Shown: positions 12,001 through 23,700 of the stretch, piece by piece
How the letters are laid out: every line of letters begins with the position of its first letter
How positions within the stretch are numbered: position 1 is the first letter of the stretch
Made by a program: the position numbers and the translations under genes
Source of the DNA: Eledone cirrhosa
Lineage: Eukaryota
Assembly: GCA_964016885.1 (NCBI GenBank)
Contig: OZ024756.1
Span: 1,488,001-1,552,000, forward strand
Reading direction: 5' to 3'
DNA length: 64,000 bases
The notes under the pieces: generated by a model
The model's input: the letters and a program-made list of their open reading frames with translations, nothing else
Database searches by the model: none
Told to the model about the DNA's origin: nothing

Positions 12001-15000
12001 AGTGATCTGATCCTCTGTCTTGTTGTCTTCAGTACATCTATGAAGTGTGCAGTGTCAGTGATCTAGTCCTCTGTCATGCTGTCTTCAGTTCATCTATGAA
12101 GTGTGCAGTGTCAGTGATCTGGTCCTCTCTCTTGCTGTCTTCAGTACATCTATGAAGTGTGCAGTGTCAGGGATCTGATCCTGTGTCTTGCTGTCTTCAG
12201 TACATCTATGAAGTGTGCAGTGTCAGTGATCTGGTCCTCTGTCTTGCTGTCTTCAGTACATCTATGAAGTGTGCAGTGTCAGTGATCTCGTCCTCTGTCT
12301 TGCTGTCTTCAATTCATCTATGAAGTGTGCAGTGTCAGTGATCTGGTCCTCTGTCTTGCTGTCTTCAGTTCATCTATGAAGTGTGCAGTGTCAGTGATCT
12401 GGTCCTCTGTCTTGCTGTCTTCAGTTCATCCATGAAGTGTGCAGTGTCAGTGATCTGGTCCTCTGTCTTGCTGTCTTCAGTTCATCTATGAAGTGTGCAG
12501 TGTCAGTGATCTGGTCCTCTGTCTTGCTGTCGTCGGTACATCTATGAATTTTGCAGTGTCAGTGATTTGGTCCTCTGTCTTGCTGTCTTCAGTTCATCTA
12601 TGAAGTATGCAGTGTCAGTGATCTCGTCCTCTGTCTTGCTGTCTTCACTACATCTATGAAGTGTGCAGTGTCAGTGATCTGGTTCTCTGTCTTGCTGTCT
12701 TCAGTTCATTTATGAAGTGTGCAGTGTCAGTGATCTGGTCCTCTGTCTTGCTGTCTTCAGTACATCTATGAAGTGTGCAGTGTCAAGGATCTGGTCCTCT
12801 GTCTTGCTGTCTTCAGTACATCTATGAAGTGTGCAGTGTCAGGGATCTGGTCCTCTGTCTTGCTGTCTTCAGTACATCTATGAAGTGTGCAGTGTCAGTG
12901 ATCTGGTCCTCTGTCTTGCTGTCTTCAGTACATCTATGAAGTGTGCAGTGTCAGTGATCTGGTCCTCTGTCTTGCTGTCTTCAGTACATCTATGAAGTGT
13001 GCAGTGTCAGTAATCTGGTCCTCTGTCTTGCTGTCTTCAGTTCATCTATGAAGTGTGCAGTGTCAGTGATTTGGTCCTCTATCTTGCTGTCTTCACTACA
13101 TCTATGAAGTGTGCAGTGTCAGTGATCTGGTCCTTTGTCTTGCTGTCTTCAGTTCATCTATGAAGTGTGCAGTGTCAGTGATCTGGTCCTCTGTCTTGCT
13201 GTCTTCAGTACATCTATGAAGTGTGCAGTGTCAGGGATCTGGTCCTCTGTCTTGCTGTCTTCAGTACATCTATGAAGTGTGCAGTGTCAGGGATCTGGTC
13301 CTCTGTCTTGCTGTCTTCAGTACATCTATGAAGTGTGCAGTGTCAGTGATCTGGTCCTCTGTCTTGCTGTCTTCAGTACATCTATGAAGTGTGCAGTGTC
13401 AGTGATCTGGTCCTCTGTCTTGCTGACTTCAGTACATCTATGAAGTGTGCAGTGTCAGTAATCTGGTCCTCTGTCTTGCTGTCTTCAGTACATCTATGAA
13501 GTGTGCAGTGTCAGGGATCTGGTCCTCTGTCTTGCTGTCTTCAGTACATCTACGAAGTGTGCAGTGTCAGGGATCTGGTCCTCTGTCTTGCTGTCTTCAG
13601 TACATCTATGAAGTGTGCAGTGTCAGTGATCTGGTCCTCTGTCTTGCTGTCTTCAGTTCATCTATGAAGTGTGCAGTGTCAGTGATCTGGTCCTCTGTCT
13701 TGCTGTCTTCAGTACATCTATGAAGTGTGCAGTGTCAGGGATCTGGTCCTCTGTCTTGCTGTCTTCAGTACATCTATGAAGTGTGCAGTGTCAGGGATCT
13801 GGTCCTCTGTCTTGATGTCTTCAGTACATCTATGAAGTGTGCAGTGTCAGTGATCTGGTCCTCTGTCTTGCTGTCTTCAGTACATCCAAGAAGTGTGCAG
13901 TGTCAGTGATCTGGTCCTCTGTCTTGCTGTCTTCAGTACATCTATGAAGTGTGCAGTGTCAGTGATCTGGTCCTCTGTCTTGCTGTCTTCAGTTCATCTA
14001 TGAAGTGTGCAGTGTCAGTGATCTGGTCCTCTGTCTTGCTGTCTTCAGTTCGTCTATGAAGTGTGCAGTGTCAGTGATCTGGTCCTCTGTCTTGCTGTCT
14101 TCAGTTCATCCATGAAGTGTGCAGTGTCAGTGATCTGGTCCTCTGTCTTGCTGTTTTCAGTTCATCTATGAAGTGTGCAGTGTCAGTGATCTGGTCCTCT
14201 GTCTTGCTGTCTTCGGTACATCTATGAAGTGTGCAGTGTCAGTGATTTGGTCCTCTGCCTTGCTGTCTTCAGTTCATCTATGAAGAGTGCAGTGTCAGTG
14301 ATCTAGTCCTCTGTCTTGCTGTCTTCGGTACATATATGAAGTGTGCAGTGTCAGTGATCTAGTCCTCTGTCTTGCCGTCTTCAGTACATATATGAAGTGT
14401 GCAGTGTCAGTGATCCCGTCCTCTGTCTTGCTGTCTTCAGTTCATCTATGAAGTGTGCAGTGTCAGTGATCTCGTCCTCCGTCTTGCTGTCTTCAGTTCA
14501 TCTATGAAGTGTGCAGTGTCAGTGATCTGGTCCTTTGTCTTGCTGTCTTCAGTTCATCTATGAAGTGTGCAGTGTCAGTGATCTCGTCCTCTGTCTTGCT
14601 GTCTTCAGTACATCTATGAAGTGTGCAGTGTCAGTGATCTGGTCCTCTGTCTTGCTGTCTTCAGTACATCTATGAAGTGTGCAGTGTCAGGGATCTGGTC
14701 CTCTGTCTTTCTGTCTTCAGTTCATCTATGAAGTGTGCAGTGTCAGTGATCTGATCCTCTGTCTTGTTGTCTTCAGTACATCTATGAAGTGTGCAGTGTC
14801 AGTGATCTAGTCCTCTGTCATGCTGTCTTCAGTTCATCTATGAAGTGTGCAGTGTCAGTGATCTGGTCCTCTCTCTTGCTGTCTTCAGTACATCTATGAA
14901 GTGTGCAGTGTCAGGGATCTGATCCTGTGTCTTGCTGTCTTCAGTACATCTATGAAGTGTGCAGTGTCAGTGATCTGGTCCTCTGTCTTGCTGTCTTCAG

Positions 15001-18000
15001 TACATCTATGAAGTGTGCAGTGTCAGTGATCTGGTCCTCTGTCTTGCTGTCTTCAGTACATCTATGAAGTGTGCAGTGTCAGTGATCTGGTCCTCTGTCT
15101 TGCTGTCTTCAGTACATCTATGAAGTGTGCAGTGTCAGTAATCTGGTCCTCTGTCTTGCTGTCTTCAGTTCATCTATGAAGTGTGCAGTGTCAGTGATTT
15201 GGTCCTCTATCTTGCTGTCTTCACTACATCTATGAAGTGTGCAGTGTCAGTGATCTGGTCCTTTGTCTTGCTGTCTTCAGTTCATCTATGAAGTGTGCAG
15301 TGTCAGTGATCTGGTCCTCTGTCTTGCTGTCTTCAGTACATCTATGAAGTGTGCAGTGTCAGGGATCTGGTCCTCTGTCTTGCTGTCTTCAGTACATCTA
15401 TGAAGTGTGCAGTGTCAGGGATCTGGTCCTCTGTCTTGCTGTCTTCAGTACATCTATGAAGTGTGCAGTGTCAGTGATCTGGTCCTCTGTCTTGCTGTCT
15501 TCAGTACATCTATGAAGTGTGCAGTGTCAGTGATCTGGTCCTCTGTCTTGCTGACTTCAGTACATCTATGAAGTGTGCAGTGTCAGTAATCTGGTCCTCT
15601 GTCTTGCTGTCTTCAGTACATCTATGAAGTGTGCAGTGTCAGGGATCTGGTCCTCTGTCTTGCTGTCTTCAGTACATCTACGAAGTGTGCAGTGTCAGGG
15701 ATCTGGTCCTCTGTCTTGCTGTCTTCAGTACATCTATGAAGTGTGCAGTGTCAGTGATCTGGTCCTCTGTCTTGCTGTCTTCAGTTCATCTATGAAGTGT
15801 GCAGTGTCAGTGATCTGGTCCTCTGTCTTGCTGTCTTCAGTACATCTATGAAGTGTGCAGTGTCAGGGATCTGGTCCTCTGTCTTGCTGTCTTCAGTACA
15901 TCTATGAAGTGTGCAGTGTCAGGGATCTGGTCCTCTGTCTTGATGTCTTCAGTACATCTATGAAGTGTGCAGTGTCAGTGATCTGGTCCTCTGTCTTGCT
16001 GTCTTCAGTACATCCAAGAAGTGTGCAGTGTCAGTGATCTGGTCCTCTGTCTTGCTGTCTTCAGTACATCTATGAAGTGTGCAGTGTCAGTGATCTGGTC
16101 CTCTGTCTTGCTGTCTTCAGTTCATCTATGAAGTGTGCAGTGTCAGTGATCTGGTCCTCTGTCTTGCTGTCTTCAGTTCGTCTATGAAGTGTGCAGTGTC
16201 AGTGATCTGGTCCTCTGTCTTGCTGTCTTCAGTTCATCCATGAAGTGTGCAGTGTCAGTGATCTGGTCCTCTGTCTTGCTGTTTTCAGTTCATCTATGAA
16301 GTGTGCAGTGTCAGTGATCTGGTCCTCTGTCTTGCTGTCTTCGGTACATCTATGAAGTGTGCAGTGTCAGTGATTTGGTCCTCTGCCTTGCTGTCTTCAG
16401 TTCATCTATGAAGTGTGCAGTGTCAGTGATCTAGTCCTCTGTCTTGCTGTCTTCGGTACATATATGAAGTGTGCAGTGTCAGTGATCTAGTCCTCTGTCT
16501 TGCCGTCTTCAGTACATATATGAAGTGTGCAGTGTCAGTGATCCCGTCCTCTGTCTTGCTGTCTTCAGTTCATCTATGAAGTGTGCAGTGTCAGTGATCT
16601 CGTCCTCCGTCTTGCTGTCTTCAGTTCATCTATGAAGTGTGCAGTGTCAGTGATCTGGTCCTTTGTCTTGCTGTCTTCAGTTCATCTATGAAGTGTGCAG
16701 TGTCAGTGATCTCGTCCTCTGTCTTGCTGTCTTCAGTACATCTATGAAGTGTGCAGTGTCAGTGATCTGGTCCTCTGTCTTGCTGTCTTCAGTACATCTA
16801 TGAAGTGTGCAGTGTCAGGGATCTGGTCCTCTGTCTTTCTGTCTTCAGTTCATCTATGAAGTGTGCAGTGTCAGTGATCTGATCCTCTGTCTTGTTGTCT
16901 TCAGTACATCTATGAAGTGTGCAGTGTCAGTGATCTAGTCCTCTGTCATGCTGTCTTCAGTTCATCTATGAAGTGTGCAGTGTCAGTGATCTGGTCCTCT
17001 CTCTTGCTGTCTTCAGTACATCTATGAAGTGTGCAGTGTCAGGGATCTGATCCTGTGTCTTGCTGTCTTCAGTACATCTATGAAGTGTGCAGTGTCAGTG
17101 ATCTGGTCCTCTGTCTTGCTGTCTTCAGTACATCTATGAAGTGTGCAGTGTCAGTGATCTCGTCCTCTGTCTTGCTGTCTTCAATTCATCTATGAAGTGT
17201 GCAGTGTCAGTGATCTGGTCCTCTGTCTTGCTGTCTTCAGTTCATCTATGAAGTGTGCAGTGTCAGTGATCTGGTCCTCTGTCTTGCTGTCTTCAGTTCA
17301 TCCATGAAGTGTGCAGTGTCAGTGATCTGGTCCTCTGTCTTGCTGTCTTCAGTTCATCTATGAAGTGTGCAGTGTCAGTGATCTGGTCCTCTGTCTTGCT
17401 GTCGTCGGTACATCTATGAATTTTGCAGTGTCAGTGATTTGGTCCTCTGTCTTGCTGTCTTCAGTTCATCTATGAAGTATGCAGTGTCAGTGATCTCGTC
17501 CTCTGTCTTGCTGTCTTCACTACATCTATGAAGTGTGCAGTGTCAGTGATCTGGTTCTCTGTCTTGCTGTCTTCAGTTCATTTATGAAGTGTGCAGTGTC
17601 AGTGATCTGGTCCTCTGTCTTGCTGTCTTCAGTACATCTATGAAGTGTGCAGTGTCAAGGATCTGGTCCTCTGTCTTGCTGTCTTCAGTACATCTATGAA
17701 GTGTGCAGTGTCAGGGATCTGGTCCTCTGTCTTGCTGTCTTCAGTACATCTATGAAGTGTGCAGTGTCAGTGATCTGGTCCTCTGTCTTGCTGTCTTCAG
17801 TACATCTATGAAGTGTGCAGTGTCAGTGATCTGGTCCTCTGTCTTGCTGTCTTCAGTACATCTATGAAGTGTGCAGTGTCAGTAATCTGGTCCTCTGTCT
17901 TGCTGTCTTCAGTTCATCTATGAAGTGTGCAGTGTCAGTGATTTGGTCCTCTATCTTGCTGTCTTCACTACATCTATGAAGTGTGCAGTGTCAGTGATCT

Positions 18001-20776
18001 GGTCCTTTGTCTTGCTGTCTTCAGTTCATCTATGAAGTGTGCAGTGTCAGTGATCTGGTCCTCTGTCTTGCTGTCTTCAGTACATCTATGAAGTGTGCAG
18101 TGTCAGGGATCTGGTCCTCTGTCTTGCTGTCTTCAGTACATCTATGAAGTGTGCAGTGTCAGGGATCTGGTCCTCTGTCTTGCTGTCTTCAGTACATCTA
18201 TGAAGTGTGCAGTGTCAGTGATCTGGTCCTCTGTCTTGCTGTCTTCAGTACATCTATGAAGTGTGCAGTGTCAGGGATCTGGTCCTCTGTCTTGCTGTCT
18301 TCAGTACATCTACGAAGTGTGCAGTGTCAGGGATCTGGTCCTCTGTCTTGCTGTCTTCAGTACATCTATGAAGTGTGCAGTGTCAGTGATCTGGTCCTCT
18401 GTCTTGCTGTCTTCAGTTCATCTATGAAGTGTGCAGTGTCAGTGATCTGGTCCTCTGTCTTGCTGTCTTCAGTACATCTATGAAGTGTGCAGTGTCAGGG
18501 ATCTGGTCCTCTGTCTTGCTGTCTTCAGTACATCTATGAAGTGTGCAGTGTCAGGGATCTGGTCCTCTGTCTTGATGTCTTCAGTACATCTATGAAGTGT
18601 GCAGTGTCAGTGATCTGGTCCTCTGTCTTGCTGTCTTCAGTACATCCAAGAAGTGTGCAGTGTCAGTGATCTGGTCCTCTGTCTTGCTGTCTTCAGTACA
18701 TCTATGAAGTGTGCAGTGTCAGTGATCTGGTCCTCTGTCTTGCTGTCTTCAGTTCATCTATGAAGTGTGCAGTGTCAGTGATCTGGTCCTCTGTCTTGCT
18801 GTCTTCAGTTCGTCTATGAAGTGTGCAGTGTCAGTGATCTGGTCCTCTGTCTTGCTGTCTTCAGTTCATCCATGAAGTGTGCAGTGTCAGTGATCTGGTC
18901 CTCTGTCTTGCTGTTTTCAGTTCATCTATGAAGTGTGCAGTGTCAGTGATCTGGTCCTCTGTCTTGCTGTCTTCGGTACATCTATGAAGTGTGCAGTGTC
19001 AGTGATTTGGTCCTCTGCCTTGCTGTCTTCAGTTCATCTATGAAGTGTGCAGTGTCAGTGATCTAGTCCTCTGTCTTGCTGTCTTCGGTACATATATGAA
19101 GTGTGCAGTGTCAGTGATCTAGTCCTCTGTCTTGCCGTCTTCAGTACATATATGAAGTGTGCAGTGTCAGTGATCCCGTCCTCTGTCTTGCTGTCTTCAG
19201 TTCATCTATGAAGTGTGCAGTGTCAGTGATCTCGTCCTCCGTCTTGCTGTCTTCAGTTCATCTATGAAGTGTGCAGTGTCAGTGATCTGGTCCTTTGTCT
19301 TGCTGTCTTCAGTTCATCTATGAAGTGTGCAGTGTCAGTGATCTCGTCCTCTGTCTTGCTGTCTTCAGTACATCTATGAAGTGTGCAGTGTCAGTGATCT
19401 GGTCCTCTGTCTTGCTGTCTTCAGTACATCTATGAAGTGTGCAGTGTCAGGGATCTGGTCCTCTGTCTTTCTGTCTTCAGTTCATCTATGAAGTGTGCAG
19501 TGTCAGTGATCTGATCCTCTGTCTTGTTGTCTTCAGTACATCTATGAAGTGTGCAGTGTCAGTGATCTAGTCCTCTGTCATGCTGTCTTCAGTTCATCTA
19601 TGAAGTGTGCAGTGTCAGTGATCTGGTCCTCTCTCTTGCTGTCTTCAGTACATCTATGAAGTGTGCAGTGTCAGGGATCTGATCCTGTGTCTTGCTGTCT
19701 TCAGTACATCTATGAAGTGTGCAGTGTCAGTGATCTGGTCCTCTGTCTTGCTGTCTTCAGTACATCTATGAAGTGTGCAGTGTCAGTGATCTGGTCCTCT
19801 GTCTTGCTGTGTTCAGTTCATCTATGAAGTGTGCAGTGTCAGTGATCTGGTCCTCTGTCTTGCTGTCTTCAGTTCATCCATGAAGTGTGCAGTGTCAGTG
19901 ATCTGGTCCTCTGTCTTGCTGTCTTCAGTTCATCTATGAAGTGTGCAGTGTCAGTGATCTGGTCCTCTGTCTTGCTGTCGTCGGTACATCTATGAATTTT
20001 GCAGTGTCAGTGATTTGGTCCTCTGTCTTGCTGTCTTCAGTTCATCTATGAAGTATGCAGTGTCAGTGATCTCGTCCTCTGTCTTGCTGTCTTCACTACA
20101 TCTATGAAGTGTGCAGTGTCAGTGATCTGGTTCTCTGTCTTGCTGTCTTCAGTTCATTTATGAAGTGTGCAGTGTCAGTGATCTGGTCCTCTGTCTTGCT
20201 GTCTTCAGTACATCTATGAAGTGTGCAGTGTCAAGGATCTGGTCCTCTGTCTTGCTGTCTTCAGTACATCTATGAAGTGTGCAGTGTCAGGGATCTGGTC
20301 CTCTGTCTTGCTGTCTTCAGTACATCTATGAAGTGTGCAGTGTCAGTGATCTGGTCCTCTGTCTTGCTGTCTTCAGTACATCTATGAAGTGTGCAGTGTC
20401 AGTGATCTGGTCCTCTGTCTTGCTGTCTTCAGTACATCTATGAAGTGTGCAGTGTCAGTAATCTGGTCCTCTGTCTTGCTGTCTTCAGTTCATCTATGAA
20501 GTGTGCAGTGTCAGTGATTTGGTCCTCTATCTTGCTGTCTTCACTACATCTATGAAGTGTGCAGTGTCAGTGATCTGGTCCTTTGTCTTGCTGTCTTCAG
20601 TTCATCTATGAAGTGTGCAGTGTCAGTGATCTGGTCCTCTGTCTTGCTGTCTTCAGTACATCTATGAAGTGTGCAGTGTCAGGGATCTGGTCCTCTGTCT
20701 TGCTGTCTTCAGTACATCTATGAAGTGTGCAGTGTCAGGGATCTGGTCCTCTGTCTTGCTGTCTTCAGTTCATCTA
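1..20776. repeat. Array domain A: indel-free subfamily rich in the AGGGATCT variant, with irregular higher-order blocks
   Basis: Diagnostic variants are CAGGGATC, CAGTAATC, CATCCAAGAA, GTCGTCGG...AATTTTGC, TTCGTCTA, GATCCCGT and CACTAC. The 56-bp phase is perfect. The last AGGG monomer of the domain is at about 20737. Confidence 0.9.
4700..11800. repeat. Block duplication with a 3,864-bp (69-monomer) offset
   Basis: Marker pairs are CGTCGG 4859/8723 and 6035/9899, TTCGTC 7443/11307, and identical ORFs at 7119/10983, all offset by 3864. Ends are approximate. Confidence 0.85.
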
Positions 20777-23700
20777 TGAAGTGTGCAGTGTCAGTGATCT
20801 GGTCCTCTGTCTTGCTGTCTTCAGTTCAACTATGAAGTGTGCAGTGTCAATGATCTGGTCCTCTGTCTTGCTGTCTTCAGTACATCTATTAAGTGTGCAG
20901 TGTCAGTGATCTGGTCCTCTGTCTTGCTGTCTTCAGTTCATCTATGAAGTGTGCAGTGTCAGTGATCTGGTCCTCTGTCTTGCTGTCTTCAGTTCATCTA
21001 TGAAGTGTGCAGTGTCAGTGATCTGGTCCTCTGTCTTGCTGTCTTCAGTTCATCTATGAAGTGTGCAGTGTCAGTGATCTGGTCCTCTGTCTTGCTGTCT
21101 TCAGTTCAACTATGAAGTGTGCAGTGTCAATGATCTGGTCCTCTGTCTTGCTGTCTTCAGTACATCTATTAAGTGTGCAGTGTCAGTGATCTGGTCCTCT
21201 GTCTTGCTGTCTTCAGTTCATCTATGAAGTGTGCAGTGTCAGTGATCTGGTCCTCTGTCTTGCTGTCTTCAGTTCATCTATGAAGTGTGCAGTGTCAGTG
21301 ATCTGGTCCTCTGTCTTGCTGTCTTCAGTTCATCTATGAAGTGTGCAGTGTCAGTGATCTGGTCCTCTGTCTTGCTGTCTTCAGTTCAACTATGAAGTGT
21401 GCAGTGTCAATGATCTGGTCCTCTGTCTTGCTGTCTTCAGTACATCTATTAAGTGTGCAGTGTCAGTGATCTGGTCCTCTGTCTTGCTGTCTTCAGTTCA
21501 TCTATGAAGTGTGCAGTGTCAGTGATCTGGTCCTCTGTCTTGCTGTCTTCAGTTCATCTATGAAGTGTGCAGTGTCAGTGATCTGGTCCTCTGTCTTGCT
21601 GTCTTCAGTACATCTATGAAGTGTGCAGTGTCAGTGATCTGGTCCTCTGTGTTGCTGTCTTCAGTACATCTATGAAGTGTGCAGTGTCAGTGATCTGGTC
21701 CTCTGTCTTGCTGTCTTCAGTTCATCTATGAAGAGTGCAGTGTCAGTGATCTGGTCCCCTGTCTTGCTGTCTTCAGTTCATCTATGAAGTGTGCAGTGTC
21801 AGTGATCTGGTCCTCTGTCTTGCTGTCTTCAGTTCATCTATGAAGTGTGCAGTGTCAGTGATCTGGTCCTCTGTCTTGCTGTCTTCAGTTCATCTATGAA
21901 GTGTGCAGTGTCAGTGATCTGGTCCTCTGTATTGCTGTCTTCAGTTCATTTATGAAGTGTGCCGTGTCAGTGATCTGGTCCTCTGTCTTGCTGTCTTCAG
22001 TTCATCTATGAAGTGTGCAGTGTCAGTGATCTGGTCCTCTGTCTTGCTGTCTTCAGTACATCTATGAAGTGTGCAGTGTCAGTGATCTGGTCCTCTGTGT
22101 TGCTGTCTTCAGTACATCTATGAAGTGTGCAGTGTCAGTGATCTGGTCCTCTGTCTTGCTGTCTTCAGTTCATCTATGAAGTGTGCAGTGTCAGTGATCT
22201 GGTCCTCTGTCGTGCTGTCTTCAGTTCATCTATGAAGTGTGCAGTGTCAGTGATCTGGTCCTCTGTCTTGCTGTCTTCAGTTAATCTATGAAGTGTGCAG
22301 TGTCAGAGATCTCGTCCTCTGTCTTGCTGTCTTCAGTTCATCTATGAAGTGTGCAGTGTCAGTGATCTGGTCCTCTGTCTTGCTGTCTTCAGTTCATCTA
22401 TGAAGTGTGCAGTGTCAGTGATCTGGTCCTCTGTCTTGCTGTCTTCAGTTCATCTATGAAGTGTGCAGTGTCAGTGATCTGGTCCTCTGTCTTGCTGTCT
22501 TCAGTACATCTATGAAGTGTGCAGTGTCAGTGATCTGGTCCCCTGTCTTGCTGTCTTCAGTTCATCTATGAAGTGTGCAGTGTCAGTGATCTGGTCCTCT
22601 GTCTTGCTCTTCAGTTCATCTATGAAGTGTGCAGTGTCAGTGATCTGGTCCTCTGTCTTGCTGTCTTCAGTTCATCTATGAAGTTTTCCGTGTCAGTGAT
22701 CTGCTCCTCTGTCTTGCTGTCTTCAGTTCATCTATGAAGTGTGCAGTGTCAGTGATCTGGTCCTCTGTCTTGCTGTCTTCAGTACATCTATGAAGTGTGC
22801 AGTGTCAGTGATCTGGTCCTCTGTGTTGCTGTCTTCAGTACATCTATGAAGTGTGCAGTGTCAGTGATCTGGTCCTCTGTCTTGCTGTCTTCAGTTCATC
22901 TATGAAGTGTGCAGTGTCAGTGATCTGGTCCTCTGTCTTGCTGTCTTCAGTTCATCTATGAAGTGTGCAGTGTCAGTGATCTGGTCCTCTGTCTTGCTGT
23001 CTTCAGTTAATCTATGAAGTGTGCAGTGTCAGAGATCTGGTCTTCTGTCTTGCTGTCTTCAGTTCATCTATGAAGTGTGCAGTGTCAGTGATCTGGTCCT
23101 CTGTCTTGCTGTCTTCAGTTCATCTATGAAGTGTGCAGTGTCAGTGATCTGGTCCTCTGTCTTGCTGTCTTCAGTTCATCTATGAAGTGTGCAGTGTCAG
23201 TGATCTGGTCCTCTGTCTTGCTGTCTTCAGTTCATCTATGAAGTGTGCAGTGTCAGTGATCTGGTCCTCTGTCTTGCTGTCTTCAGTTCATCTATGAAGT
23301 GTGCAGTGTCAGTGATCTGGTCCTCTGTCTTGCTGTCTTCAGTTCATCTATGAAGTGTGCAGTGTCAGTGATCTGGTCCTCTGTTTTGCTGTCTTCAGTT
23401 CAACTATGAAGTGTGCAGTGTCAATGATCTGGTCCTCTGTCTTGCTGTCTTCAGTACATCTATTAAGTGTGCAGTGTCAGTGATCTGGTCCTCTGTCTTG
23501 CTGTCTTCAGTTCATCTATGAAGTGTGCAGTGTCAGTGATCTGGCCCTCTGTCTTGCTGTCTTCAGTTCATCTATGAAGTGTGCAGTGTCAGTGATCTGG
23601 TCCTCTGTCTTGCTGTCTTCAGTACATCTATGAAGTGTGCAGTGTCAGTGATCTGGTCCTCTGTGTTGCTGTCTTCAGTACATCTATGAAGTGTGCAGTG

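Noticed and set aside
1071-20909. Thirteen Cys/Ser/Val-rich ORFs of 60-110 aa in the ORF track
   Set aside because: They are translations of the 56-bp repeat cycling through three frames. They start at GTG and open only where variants (AGGGA, CCAAGA, CTACGA, CTATTA) remove the TGA stops. There is no domain, zinc-finger spacing or gene context.
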